DNA from: Holophagaceae bacterium
GTDB lineage: Bacteria > Acidobacteriota > Holophagae > Holophagales > Holophagaceae
Assembly (NCBI GenBank): GCA_016710635.1
Contig: JADJVL010000001.1
Coordinates: 176,236-240,235, forward strand
Length of the DNA: 64,000 nucleotides
Reading direction: 5' to 3'
Part shown: positions 40,522 through 49,471 of the stretch, piece by piece
Layout: each line of letters starts with the position of its first letter
Numbering within the stretch: position 1 is the stretch's first letter
The notes under the pieces: model-generated
Seen by the model: only the letters and a program-made list of their open reading frames with translations
Told to the model about the DNA's origin: nothing
Database searches by the model: none
Made by a program: the position numbers and the translations under genes

Positions 40522-42177
40522 ATGCTGAGCCGCCGCGTCACGCGCTTCCAGCCCCGCCGCGGCGATGCGAAACCCACCGTCTGGCAGCAGGTGCAGCAGT
40601 ACGGCGGGATGGCGCTCCTCATGCTCGCGGGCACCTTCGTGGCCCTGGGCCTCTTCTGGGCCCCCAAGCAACTGGCGGCCAACCACCGACAGCTGCTGAT
40701 GGACCAGTTCTTCAGCAAGCATTTCGAGGACACCGCCCTGGTGGAGAAACACTGGCAGGCCCTGCCGTGGCTGCCGAACTTCGAGACCGGGGACGAGCCC
40801 GGGGTGCGGGAGTTCCTCCGCAAGCAGCCTCTGGTGGTGGCAGTCCTGAACCGCCTGGAGACGCGTAGCCTATGGGTCCGCGACGGAAACCGGCTCATCC
40901 GTGCCAGCGAAAGTCCCCAGACCCAGACCTACCGCACCTGGATCACCCAGGCCGAGATGGCCCAACGCTTCCAGTGGCTGCCGGCCACGGCGGACGATCC
41001 CGACCACGACCACATCGCGAGCACGGTCCTGCTGGGGGACCAGTGGATCGTCATCAAGCGGTGGGAACCCGGAACCACCGCCGTGGAAGCCGCCCTCCGG
41101 CAGACCTACGGAGCCAAGCCCCCCATCCGGATCGGCCTGATCATCGAGAGCAGGCTCAAGCGGGGCCTTCCGGTGGAGGACTGGGGAGGGGAGCCCAATA
41201 TCCAGGTCGATCCCGGACATCTCCTCCAAAACGCCCGGTGGGTCTACATGCCTGCGGCCAGCGATTATTTTGGAAAGCAGTGGACCATCTTCGCCGTCCC
41301 CTGGGAGGCGCAGCAGGCCCAATTCCGCGCGGAGATCTCCACGCGGATCTGGATTGCCCGGGGCACCGCCATCGGCGTAGCCCTCCTCATGGTGCTGGGC
41401 CTCTGGCTGCGCCACCGGGCCCGGCAGCGGGCCCTGCTGGACATGGACCGCCTCGCGAGCCTGACCCACAGCCTGAAGACGCCCCTGGCGGTGCTGAAGT
41501 TCCGTTGCGACACCCTCCGCCTGGGGCGCATGTCCCCGGATCAGACCGACGAGGAGCTCATCAAGCTGGGCGAAGAGGTGGACCGGCTGACGGTGATCAT
41601 CGAGACGGGCCTGACGGCCCTGAAGGGCGAGGCCAGCGATGGCCCCCGCGGGGTCGTGGGCCGGGAATGGCTGCAGGACGTGGCCGCCGACCTAGAGGTG
41701 GCCTTCGAGGCTGAAGGGCGGCAGCTGGAGCTGAACCTGTCCGAGGAATCGGGACAGGCGGCCCTCTCCTCCCTGCGTTCGGCCCTCTTCACGCTCATGG
41801 AGAACGCCCTCTTCCACGGGGAAGGCAAGGTGACCCTGGAAAGCTGGCGGAACCGGCGGCGCTTCGTGATCCGGGTGAGCGACGAGGGCCATCCCCTGGA
41901 CGGCTCCCAGCTGGAGGCCCTGGGCCGCCCCTTCATGCGCTTCCGCCAGAAGGGGATGGAAGGCTTCAAGCGGGAAGGCCAGGGCCTGGGCGTCAGCCTC
42001 ATGTGCCAGGTGGCGGACCGGGAAGGCTGGGGCCTCGTCTTCTCCTCGGGCAACGGGAAGGGGCTGATCGCCACCCTGGAAATTCCGAACGCGCCAGTCC
42101 CGGGGCGGGATTCCCGGAGCTGGTGGCAGCGGCTGCGCACCTCCCGAGCGAGGACCGTGAAGGAAGGCGAAGCCTGA
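40522..42177 (+). CDS. Sensor histidine kinase with a large extracytoplasmic sensor domain of unrecognised type
   Basis: Two TM segments (GGMALLMLAGTFVALGLFW and GTAIGVALLMVLGLWL) flank about 250 aa. The H-box is LASLTHSLKTPLAVL. The HATPase region carries LMENALFHGEG and GQGLGVSL. The gene starts 3 nt after the nadA stop. Confidence 0.88.
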   Translation: MLSRRVTRFQPRRGDAKPTVWQQVQQYGGMALLMLAGTFVALGLFWAPKQLAANHRQLLMDQFFSKHFEDTALVEKHWQALPWLPNFETGDEPGVREFLRKQPLVVAVLNRLETRSLWVRDGNRLIRASESPQTQTYRTWITQAEMAQRFQWLPATADDPDHDHIASTVLLGDQWIVIKRWEPGTTAVEAALRQTYGAKPPIRIGLIIESRLKRGLPVEDWGGEPNIQVDPGHLLQNARWVYMPAASDYFGKQWTIFAVPWEAQQAQFRAEISTRIWIARGTAIGVALLMVLGLWLRHRARQRALLDMDRLASLTHSLKTPLAVLKFRCDTLRLGRMSPDQTDEELIKLGEEVDRLTVIIETGLTALKGEASDGPRGVVGREWLQDVAADLEVAFEAEGRQLELNLSEESGQAALSSLRSALFTLMENALFHGEGKVTLESWRNRRRFVIRVSDEGHPLDGSQLEALGRPFMRFRQKGMEGFKREGQGLGVSLMCQVADREGWGLVFSSGNGKGLIATLEIPNAPVPGRDSRSWWQRLRTSRARTVKEGEA

Positions 42178-42283
42178 GCTGCGTCGCCGGTCCGCGGACC
42201 GGCCTGGGAAGATGCCGCTCACGCTCCTTGCAATTCCAAAGGAAGTTGGGGACCTTGGAGCCAATGTTCCTTGAGGCATCCGC

Positions 42284-42982
42284 GTGACCCACATCCTCGT
42301 GGTGGAGGATGAGCCCAGCCTCCGCCAACTGCTCGCCAACAACCTGACCTTCGAAGGCTACACGGTGGACGCCGTGGGGGACGGCATTCCCGCCCTGGCC
42401 TCCCAGCAGGCGCGGCCGGCGGACCTGATCATCCTCGACCTCATGCTTCCGGAGATGGACGGGTTCCGGGTGCTCCACGCCTTGCGGGAGCGCCAGGACC
42501 AGGTGCCCGTGCTCATGCTCACCGCCCGCGGCGCCGAAAGCGACCGGGTGCAGGGCCTCTCCCTCGGCGCCGACGACTACCTGGTCAAACCATTCTCCGT
42601 GCTGGAGCTCGTGGCCCGGGTGAAGGCGATCCTGCGGCGCACAAGGCCCGTGGACCGGCCCCAGACCATGCGTTCTGGACCGTTCCGCTTCAACATCCCC
42701 GCCCTCGAGGTCACCCGCCAGGGCCGGCAGCTGGACCTCACGCCCCGGGAATTCCGCCTCCTCGAGATCCTCGTGACCCACCCGGGCCGCACCCACAGCC
42801 GGAACGAACTGCTGCAGCTGGCCTGGGAGGCGGATGCCCGGCCCTCCCCCCGCACCGTGGACGTCCACGTCGCCAACCTGCGCAAGAAGCTGGAGGACGA
42901 GGAGGGCCATACCTGGATCGCCACCGTGGGCCGGGAGGGCTACCGCTGGACTGAGCCGGTGGAGTGGGACGCCATCACCTAA
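42284..42982 (+). CDS. OmpR/PhoB-family response regulator
   Basis: The ORF starts ILVVEDEPSL and has DLIILDLMLPEMDG, GADDYLVKPF, and a winged-helix C-terminus (LTPREFRLLEIL...VDVHVANLRKKL). It has a GTG start with GAGG upstream. Confidence 0.93.
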   Translation: MTHILVVEDEPSLRQLLANNLTFEGYTVDAVGDGIPALASQQARPADLIILDLMLPEMDGFRVLHALRERQDQVPVLMLTARGAESDRVQGLSLGADDYLVKPFSVLELVARVKAILRRTRPVDRPQTMRSGPFRFNIPALEVTRQGRQLDLTPREFRLLEILVTHPGRTHSRNELLQLAWEADARPSPRTVDVHVANLRKKLEDEEGHTWIATVGREGYRWTEPVEWDAIT

Positions 42983-43040
42983 GGCCTCGACCGGGGCCCA
43001 ATTCTGGGATCCATCTACATGAAGGAGGGCGGTTTCCCGG

Positions 43041-43272
43041 CCGGGGGGGGGCCCGGGGGGGCCCCCCCCGCCCCCCCCCCCCCGCCCGGGGGGCGGGGGG
43101 GGCCCCCCCGCCCCCCCCCCGGCGGGGGTGTTGTCCCCCCCGGGGGGGGGGGGGGGGGCGCGTCGCCGTTTTTTTTGGGGGGGGGGGGGGGGGGGCCCCC
43201 GGGGGGGGGGGGGGGGGGGGGGGGGCGGGGGCGGCCCGCGGAAAATTTTTTCGGGGGTTCCCCGGGCCCCCC
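43041..43272. repeat. Extreme low-complexity tract of alternating long G and C homopolymers (with T8 and A4T6 runs)
   Basis: Direct reading gives G17 at 43142..43158, T8 at 43169..43176, G19 at 43177..43195, C5, then G25 at 43201..43225, preceded by C8, C13 and C10 runs. The tract is intergenic between the response regulator and the DAHP synthase gene. Confidence 0.9.
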
Positions 43273-43307
43273 GGCTTTGCCCTCCCGGCGCTTTGATATC
43301 CTGCCGC

Positions 43308-44663
43308 ATGGCGAAGCTCCCGACCTGGAACCCTCACAGCTGGCAAGCCCTTCCGGCGTCCCAGCAGCCCGCCTACCCGAATCCCTCCGAGGTGGAGCAG
43401 GCCCTCGCCCAGCTGCGCCGACTGCCGCCTCTGGTGGTTCCGGAGGAGGTGGACCGGCTCCAGAACCTGCTGGCGGAGGCCGCCGCCGGCAAGCGCTTCC
43501 TCTTGCAGGGCGGGGACTGCGCCGAGCAGTTCAAGGACTGCACCGCGGAGGCCATCGCCGACAAGCTGCGCGTATTGCTTCAGATGTCCGTGGTGCTCAC
43601 CCACAGCGGCCGACGGCCGGTGGTGCGGGTGGGCCGCATCGCGGGACAGTACGCCAAGCCCCGCAGCAGCGACCTGGAAAAGGTGCGGGGCGTGGCCCTG
43701 CCAAGCTACCGCGGCGATCTGGTAAATGGCGTGGCCGCCACGGAAGCCGCGCGGCGGGCGGACCCCCAGCGCATGGTGGAAGCCTACTTCCACGCGTCGG
43801 CCACCCTCAACCATTTGAGGGCCCTCATCGAAGGCGGCTTCGCGGACTTGCACCATCCCGAACGCTGGGAGCTGCACCAGCCCTCCACCAAGGCCTACCA
43901 GGCCGTACTGGAGCAGGTGAAGGAGAGCCTGGACTTCCTCAGCGCCCTGGGCAACCTCGAGCGGGGCGCCCTGGAGCGCATCGACTTCTTCACCAGCCAC
44001 GAGGCCCTGCTGCTGGCCTACGAGGAGGCCTTGACCCGCTGGGTTCCCGGCGGCGGCCGTCCCGGGGAGCTGGGCCGCGGCGCCCACTACAACCTGGGCG
44101 CCCACATGCTGTGGGTGGGCGAACGCACCCGGACGCTGGAAGGCGCCCACCTGGAATACCTCCGCGGCATCGCCAATCCCATCGGCGTGAAGGTGGGCCC
44201 CAGCGCCACGCCGGACGGGCTCGTGAAGATCCTCGACCTGCTGGATCCCCTCCAGCGCCCGGGCCGCATCACCCTCATCACGCGGTTCGGCGTCGACGGC
44301 ATCCAGGAAGCCCTGCCTCCCTTCATCCGGGCCGTGAAGCGGGCGGGCCGCCAGGTGCTCTGGTCCTGCGACCCCATGCACGGCAACGGCATCAAGACCG
44401 AGTCCGGTCTCAAGACCCGCCACTTCGAAGCCATCCTCGGCGAGCTGCGCAAGGCCTTCGAGATCCACCGGGAGCACGGGTCGCACCTGGGCGGCGTCCA
44501 CTTCGAGCTCACCGGCGAAGCCGTTACCGAGTGCATCGGCGGCAGTTCCGGCCCCAGCGAGGCGGATCTCCCCCGGGCCTACGAGAGCGGCTGCGATCCC
44601 CGGCTGAACGGGCAGCAGAGCCTGGAGATGGCCTTCCTCATCGCGGGGATGCTGCGGGGGTGA
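43308..44663 (+). CDS. 3-deoxy-7-phosphoheptulonate (DAHP) synthase, class II
   Basis: 451 aa from MAKLPTWNPHSWQALPASQQPAYP, with FLLQGGDCAE, GRIAGQYAKPRS and DPMHGN, which are typical class II (plant/Mtb-type) motifs. The upstream part of the track ORF is a translation of the poly-G tract. Confidence 0.92.
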   Translation: MAKLPTWNPHSWQALPASQQPAYPNPSEVEQALAQLRRLPPLVVPEEVDRLQNLLAEAAAGKRFLLQGGDCAEQFKDCTAEAIADKLRVLLQMSVVLTHSGRRPVVRVGRIAGQYAKPRSSDLEKVRGVALPSYRGDLVNGVAATEAARRADPQRMVEAYFHASATLNHLRALIEGGFADLHHPERWELHQPSTKAYQAVLEQVKESLDFLSALGNLERGALERIDFFTSHEALLLAYEEALTRWVPGGGRPGELGRGAHYNLGAHMLWVGERTRTLEGAHLEYLRGIANPIGVKVGPSATPDGLVKILDLLDPLQRPGRITLITRFGVDGIQEALPPFIRAVKRAGRQVLWSCDPMHGNGIKTESGLKTRHFEAILGELRKAFEIHREHGSHLGGVHFELTGEAVTECIGGSSGPSEADLPRAYESGCDPRLNGQQSLEMAFLIAGMLRG

Positions 44664-44681
44664 GGGTGTGGCCCGGGTCCT

Positions 44682-46865
44682 TCAGGCCAGATCCGCCGCC
44701 CGCACCGGCAGCTTCCGCACCCGCTTCCCGGTGAGTTTCCAAAGCGCATTCGCAACGGCGGGCGCGACTGTGTCCACCACCGGCTCCCCGACGCCGCTCG
44801 GGCGTTCGGAGGCTCCGTGGATGAAGTGGGTTTCCACGACGGAAGGCGCGTCGCCCATCTTCGGGATGGGAAAGTCGGAGTAGGACTGCTGCACCGCGTG
44901 GCCCTGCTCGAAGGTGATCTCGCTCTGCATGTTCGACAGGCCCCAGAGGAAGCCGCCCTCCACCTGGGCCCGGACGCCGTCGGGATTGATCACCACGCCG
45001 CAGTCGATGGCGCAGACCACCCGGTGGACCTTGAAGGGCAGCTCGCCAGCCTTGGCGCCCTTGCGCAGGGACACCTCCACCGCGTGGGCGACGTAGGTCC
45101 CGGTGTGGAAGTAGCTCGCGGCGAAGCCCCAGGCTCGGCCCTTGGCCGCCTTCCGGCCGGCACCGGCCTTCGACCGGGCCAGTTCGAGGACGGCGATCAT
45201 CCGTGCGCGCTCGATGACCGAGCCGCCGATCTCAAGCTTCCCGGCGACCTCCGGCCGGCCCTTGCCCAGCCATTCGATGCGGAGGTCCACGGGATCCCGC
45301 CGCAGGGCCTCCGCGACCTCGTCCACGAAGCACTCCCGGGCGAACACGGAAGACGGGGAGAAGACCGAGCGCCAGGGGCCAATGGGCGTCGGCGCGTCGA
45401 GGCCCCGGTAGCCCATCTCCGCGGCAGGCCAGCCGTAGGGCGTGTCATAGACGCCCCAGGCCCACCCGATCACGGCGGCCGGATTCTCCATCTGCGCCTT
45501 CGCGGGCGCCCCGCGGCGGGCGTTGTGGGGCACGCTCACCTTCCGGTGCTCCCATTCCGTCACCCGGCCCCCATCGATTCCTGCCTCAAGCCGGTGCACC
45601 GCGGGAGCCTGGAAGTAGCCGTGGCGGAGGTCGTCCTCACGGGTCCAGGTCACCTGCACCGGCATGCCCTTCAGGGCCTTGGCGACTTCCACCGCCTCCG
45701 TGTCGAAATCGATGCCCAGGCGCCGGCCGAAGCCGCCCCCTGCCAGCACCACGTGGACCTGGATGGCCGCCGCGGGCAGGCCCAGGGTCTCCACCGCCAT
45801 GTCCTGCACGGAATTTGGCGCCTGACTGGGGGACCAGATTTCGCAGCGGTCCCCGGTGACGAGGGCGGTGCAGTTCATGGGCTCAATGGGGGCGTGAGCC
45901 TCCCAGGGATAGCGGTAGGTTCCTGCCACCTTCCGCCCGGCCTTGCCGAAGCCAGCCCGGCCCGGGCCGTCCTTCCGGATGGGGACGCCGGGGCTGTCGG
46001 CGAGCTTCGCGAGGGCCTCCATGAAGGCCGCTCCCTGGAAGCCGGCGTGGGGGCTCGCCGTCCATTGGATCTTCAGGGCGTCCCGGCCCTGAAGGGCCGC
46101 CCAGGTGGTATCGGCGACGACGGCGACCCCCCTTGCGATCTCCACGATCCGCTTCACGCCGGGGACCTTCCGCGCGGCGCTTGAATCCACTTTCGCCGCC
46201 TTCGCCCCCAGCACCGGAGGCCGCGCCACCACGGCGTGGAGCAATCCCGGGGGGCGGACGTCGAGGCCGTAGACCGCCCGGCCCGCGACGATGGCGGGCC
46301 CGTCCAGGCGCCGCTGATCCTTCCCCAGGAGCTTGAACTCGGACACTTTTTTGAGAATGGGCTTCGAAGGCACGGGCTGCTTGGCGGCCTCGGCCAGAAG
46401 CTCCCGGTAGGCGAGCTTCCGCCCCGAGGCCCGGTGCAGCACCTGTCCCTTTTCCGTGGTGCAGGCCTCCGTGGCTACACCCCACCGCGCCGCCGCGGCG
46501 CCCACCAGCATCGTCCGGGCCACGGCCCCCGCCTGCCGGAGGGGATGCCAGAGGGACATGAGGCTTTGGCTTCCGCCGGTGCCCAGCCGCGGGAAATCCG
46601 GCCCGGGCGCGGCCTGCTCGATGCGGATCTGGCCGAAGTCCGCGTCGAGCTCCTCGGCGAGAATCATCGGCAGGGCGGTCCGGACCCCCTGGCCCAGCTC
46701 GGATTTCCCGACCTGCACGACGATGGTGCCGTCCGGCTCAAGTCGCACCCAGGCGTTGGGGGCGAAGTGCTTCGGGACTTCCCCGGCGGGCGCGACGCGC
46801 ATCCCGAACACGAGGGCCCCCGAGCCGGCGGCGACGAGGTGGATGAACTGCCGGCGGGTGGTCAT
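44682..46865 (-). CDS. Molybdopterin-binding subunit of the xanthine dehydrogenase/aldehyde oxidase family (IorB-like), Tat-exported
   Basis: 727-aa ORF with a twin-arginine signal MTTRRQFIHLVAAGSGALVFG, then GKSELGQGVRTALPMILAEELD and GLGEPVV-type motifs (SGVGEPVVDTVAPAVANAL). Confidence 0.85.
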   Translation of the reverse strand: MTTRRQFIHLVAAGSGALVFGMRVAPAGEVPKHFAPNAWVRLEPDGTIVVQVGKSELGQGVRTALPMILAEELDADFGQIRIEQAAPGPDFPRLGTGGSQSLMSLWHPLRQAGAVARTMLVGAAAARWGVATEACTTEKGQVLHRASGRKLAYRELLAEAAKQPVPSKPILKKVSEFKLLGKDQRRLDGPAIVAGRAVYGLDVRPPGLLHAVVARPPVLGAKAAKVDSSAARKVPGVKRIVEIARGVAVVADTTWAALQGRDALKIQWTASPHAGFQGAAFMEALAKLADSPGVPIRKDGPGRAGFGKAGRKVAGTYRYPWEAHAPIEPMNCTALVTGDRCEIWSPSQAPNSVQDMAVETLGLPAAAIQVHVVLAGGGFGRRLGIDFDTEAVEVAKALKGMPVQVTWTREDDLRHGYFQAPAVHRLEAGIDGGRVTEWEHRKVSVPHNARRGAPAKAQMENPAAVIGWAWGVYDTPYGWPAAEMGYRGLDAPTPIGPWRSVFSPSSVFARECFVDEVAEALRRDPVDLRIEWLGKGRPEVAGKLEIGGSVIERARMIAVLELARSKAGAGRKAAKGRAWGFAASYFHTGTYVAHAVEVSLRKGAKAGELPFKVHRVVCAIDCGVVINPDGVRAQVEGGFLWGLSNMQSEITFEQGHAVQQSYSDFPIPKMGDAPSVVETHFIHGASERPSGVGEPVVDTVAPAVANALWKLTGKRVRKLPVRAADLA

Positions 46866-46931
46866 CGTCCGTCTCCGGTCCAGCCCAGGGCCTGAGTCCG
46901 GGCCTGGGCTGCGCCCACCATACTCCGGTTG

Positions 46932-47675
46932 CTAGTGGATCGTGAGGTCCGCGCCGAGCCCCACCTTCAGGACGTCCCAGGGCGTCCGCACGGTGAGGGT
47001 CCGGGGTTCGAGGGCTTCCGGCAGGGCCTTCAGGCGCGGGGGCGGCAGCAGGCAGACCTCCGCCGGACGCAGGGACGGCAGCTCCAGGTCCTCCCACGCG
47101 GAGAAAGGGGCGCTGCGCTTGTGGCCGCCGCAGGCCACCTCGAGGTGGCCCGAGGCCGGCAGTTCCAGCGTGAGCCAGGCCCCCAGCACGGTGCAGTCGG
47201 GGCCTTCCAGGGCCAGGCACCAGCCGCCCACGCGACCTTCCGTCGCGCCCACCGCGGCCAGGGTGGGAAAGGGCAGGACGGACAGTTGCGCCCCGGGTCC
47301 CCGCAGCGCCAGCCGATCCAGCAGCACCCCGGAGGCCGTCCGCAGGGCCGCGGGGCGCGGCAGGCAGGGCAGCAGGCGCACCGCCTCCAGGCGCGGGGCC
47401 AGGATCTCCGGCAGGTCGCCCCGCTTCGCCCACTTCTCGGCGTAGGAGAAAGTCTGCCGCGCCCGCTGCAGGGCCCGGGGACCGGATTCCAGGAGCAGCC
47501 GCAGGCTGGACGGCACCAGGGCCTCGGCCATGACCTCGGGCCGGCCTTCACCGAGCTTGCGCAGGCGGAAGGCCTCGATGCGGGAGAGGTCCGCGACCCG
47601 GTTCTCTCCGAGCCTGGCCACCAGGGCCCGGCGCTCCGAAGGGCCTTCCGCCCAGGACGCGGTGCCGAGGATCAC
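46932..47675 (-). CDS. Hypothetical protein (faint resemblance to the FAH-fold family, no catalytic motifs seen)
   Basis: 247-aa ORF with high-GC third-position codon usage and a 4-nt overlap with the upstream thioesterase gene. It lies 66 nt upstream of the IorB-like gene. I see no Fe-S Cys pattern or other recognisable motif. Confidence 0.55.
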   Translation of the reverse strand: MILGTASWAEGPSERRALVARLGENRVADLSRIEAFRLRKLGEGRPEVMAEALVPSSLRLLLESGPRALQRARQTFSYAEKWAKRGDLPEILAPRLEAVRLLPCLPRPAALRTASGVLLDRLALRGPGAQLSVLPFPTLAAVGATEGRVGGWCLALEGPDCTVLGAWLTLELPASGHLEVACGGHKRSAPFSAWEDLELPSLRPAEVCLLPPPRLKALPEALEPRTLTVRTPWDVLKVGLGADLTIH

Positions 47676-48079
47676 CGCTGCCCCTCCATCCAGGCCCGGG
47701 TTTCAGGCCGGATCGGCTCGGGCTTATAGGTCCCGAAATCCATCATCACCTGCACGGTCTCCGCCTCCGCCAGCACGGCGCCATCCCGGCGGCTGAGGAC
47801 CCGGTAGCCCAGGTCGAAGCTCGTGCGGCCCAGGCGCGTGACGCGGATCTCCACCAGCGGGTGGTCCTCGATGAGGACGGGGCGGCGGTAGTCCACTTCG
47901 ATGCGGGCGATGAGGAAGCCTTCGGTCTCGAAGCGCCGGTCGCCGAGGTAGCCGTGCCACCACTGCCAGCGGGCGTGCTCCAGGAAGGTCACCAGCACCG
48001 CGTTGTTCACGTGGGCCAGGGCGTCCAGGTCCCGGAAACGGACTTCGATGGGGTGGGTAAAGGGAACTTTTTCGTCCAT
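47672..48079 (-). CDS. Acyl-CoA thioesterase, 4HBT/YbgC hotdog family
   Basis: 135-aa ORF with HPIEVRFRDLDALAHVNNAVLVTFLEHAR, a typical 4HBT N-terminal active-site region. Confidence 0.85.
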   Translation of the reverse strand: MDEKVPFTHPIEVRFRDLDALAHVNNAVLVTFLEHARWQWWHGYLGDRRFETEGFLIARIEVDYRRPVLIEDHPLVEIRVTRLGRTSFDLGYRVLSRRDGAVLAEAETVQVMMDFGTYKPEPIRPETRAWMEGQR

Positions 48080-48113
48080 GGTGAGTCCAGGCTACCTGAG
48101 CGATGCTCTTGGC

Positions 48114-49460
48114 ATGACGGAATCCGAGACGCCCCGCCGCCCCGCCTTCCACTTCGGCAAGGCCCACGATCCTCTCCTGGGGATCATCTGGATCCTTGTG
48201 CTCCTGCTGGGCTCCCTCGCGGCCCTGCAGCGCCAGCCCTCCCGGGAGCTCCAGCCCCAGGCCGCCGGCCTGACGGGCCGCATCCTCGAGCTGCAGGCCT
48301 TCGCGCTGGAGCTGCGTCCGGCGGCGGGCGCGCCCGTCTTCTCGCGTCTGGCGGGAAACCTCTCCCTGCCCTGGGACCGCGCCCTGGGCGGTGTCCTGGC
48401 GGCGGAGGCCGGGGACCTGCCCACCGCACGCGCCCTCGCCCTCGAAGGCCCCGAAGCCCCGGGCGCGGGAACCGCCTTCCGCGACTGCTTCCGGGCGGCC
48501 TATGAGGCTGGCCCCCAGCCCCCGGAGAACATGGCCCGACCGGTGTTCCGCGCCCTCGGCGAAGGCTACGGCGCCCGGCTGTTGGAGGCCCGGCTCCTCG
48601 AGCGGAAGGGCGATGCCGCCGGTGCGAAAGCCCTTCGCGAGGCCACCCGTCAGCGGACCGGCGTGCGGTTCGCCGGCCTCGCCGGGGCCGGCCTGGTGGT
48701 GCTCGCCCTCTTCCTGGCCGGCATGGCCTTCGGCGCCTTCCTAGTGGTGACCCGGAAGGTGCCGCCGCGCCTGGAGCTGCCCCCCGTGGCGCTGGACGGG
48801 CGCACCCTCGCCGCCGTGTTCGGCCTCTGGGCCCTCGGCCTGCTGCTGTCGGGCAGTGTGGTGTCCGCCCTCCTTCTGCTCGTCCCGGGCCTCAAGCCCT
48901 ACGCCCTCCTCCTGGGCTACGGCGCCCACGCCATCGTGGGCATCAGCCTTCTGGCCGCGGCGGAGGGGCGGTCCCTGGGGCAGGTGCTGGCGCGGCTCGG
49001 CTCACCGGCGCCCCTTCGCTCGCTGGGTTGGGCCGCGGGCTTCCTGGCCCTGGCGGTCACCCTCGTGGTCCTCGTGGGGCTGGCGATGTCCCCCTTCCTC
49101 AGATCCAGCCAGCCTCCCCAGCGGGAGCTCATGGAGATGATCCGCGGAACCGGGGGCCTGCTGCCGACCCTGGTGCTCTTCCTCACCATGGCGATCCTGG
49201 CTCCCTGCTTCGAGGAGCTGCTGTTCCGCGGCACCCTGCTGCCCTGGCTCCAGTCACGGCTGGGTGCTTCGTGGGCGATCCCCGTTTCGGCCCTCGCCTT
49301 CGCCGCCATCCACCTACAGCTGCTGGCCCTGCCGACCCTCTTCACCCTGGGCGCGGTGCTGGGCCTCGCCGCGCGCCGGACCGGCGGGCTGCTTGCGCCC
49401 ATCGCCGTGCACGCCGTCTGGAACGGCAGCGTCTTCCTGCTGATGAAGCTGCTGGCCTGA
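48114..49460 (+). CDS. CPBP-family intramembrane glutamic endopeptidase (CAAX protease/Abi-like) with a long N-terminal region
   Basis: The C-terminal module has APCFEELLFRG, FAAIHL and HAVWNG motifs and multiple TM segments. The start is uncertain: ATG at 48114 is chosen, ATG at 48078 is also possible. Confidence 0.8.
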   Translation: MTESETPRRPAFHFGKAHDPLLGIIWILVLLLGSLAALQRQPSRELQPQAAGLTGRILELQAFALELRPAAGAPVFSRLAGNLSLPWDRALGGVLAAEAGDLPTARALALEGPEAPGAGTAFRDCFRAAYEAGPQPPENMARPVFRALGEGYGARLLEARLLERKGDAAGAKALREATRQRTGVRFAGLAGAGLVVLALFLAGMAFGAFLVVTRKVPPRLELPPVALDGRTLAAVFGLWALGLLLSGSVVSALLLLVPGLKPYALLLGYGAHAIVGISLLAAAEGRSLGQVLARLGSPAPLRSLGWAAGFLALAVTLVVLVGLAMSPFLRSSQPPQRELMEMIRGTGGLLPTLVLFLTMAILAPCFEELLFRGTLLPWLQSRLGASWAIPVSALAFAAIHLQLLALPTLFTLGAVLGLAARRTGGLLAPIAVHAVWNGSVFLLMKLLA

Positions 49461-49471
49461 TCAGCGCCTGT

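Noticed and set aside
41999-44734. ORFs running through the homopolymer tract (41999..43309 minus, 42964..43296 plus, 43019..44734 plus, and the 5' extension of 43128..44663), encoding poly-Gly/poly-Pro.
   Set aside because: Their open frames are created by the G/C homopolymers. The real genes on either side (response regulator ending at 42982, DAHP synthase starting at 43308) have clear boundaries.
46932-47675. The 247-aa ORF upstream of the IorB-like gene as the missing IorA [2Fe-2S] small subunit.
   Set aside because: It is too long and lacks the two Cys clusters (Cx4Cx2C...C and CxxC...CxC) of IorA/CoxS-type proteins.
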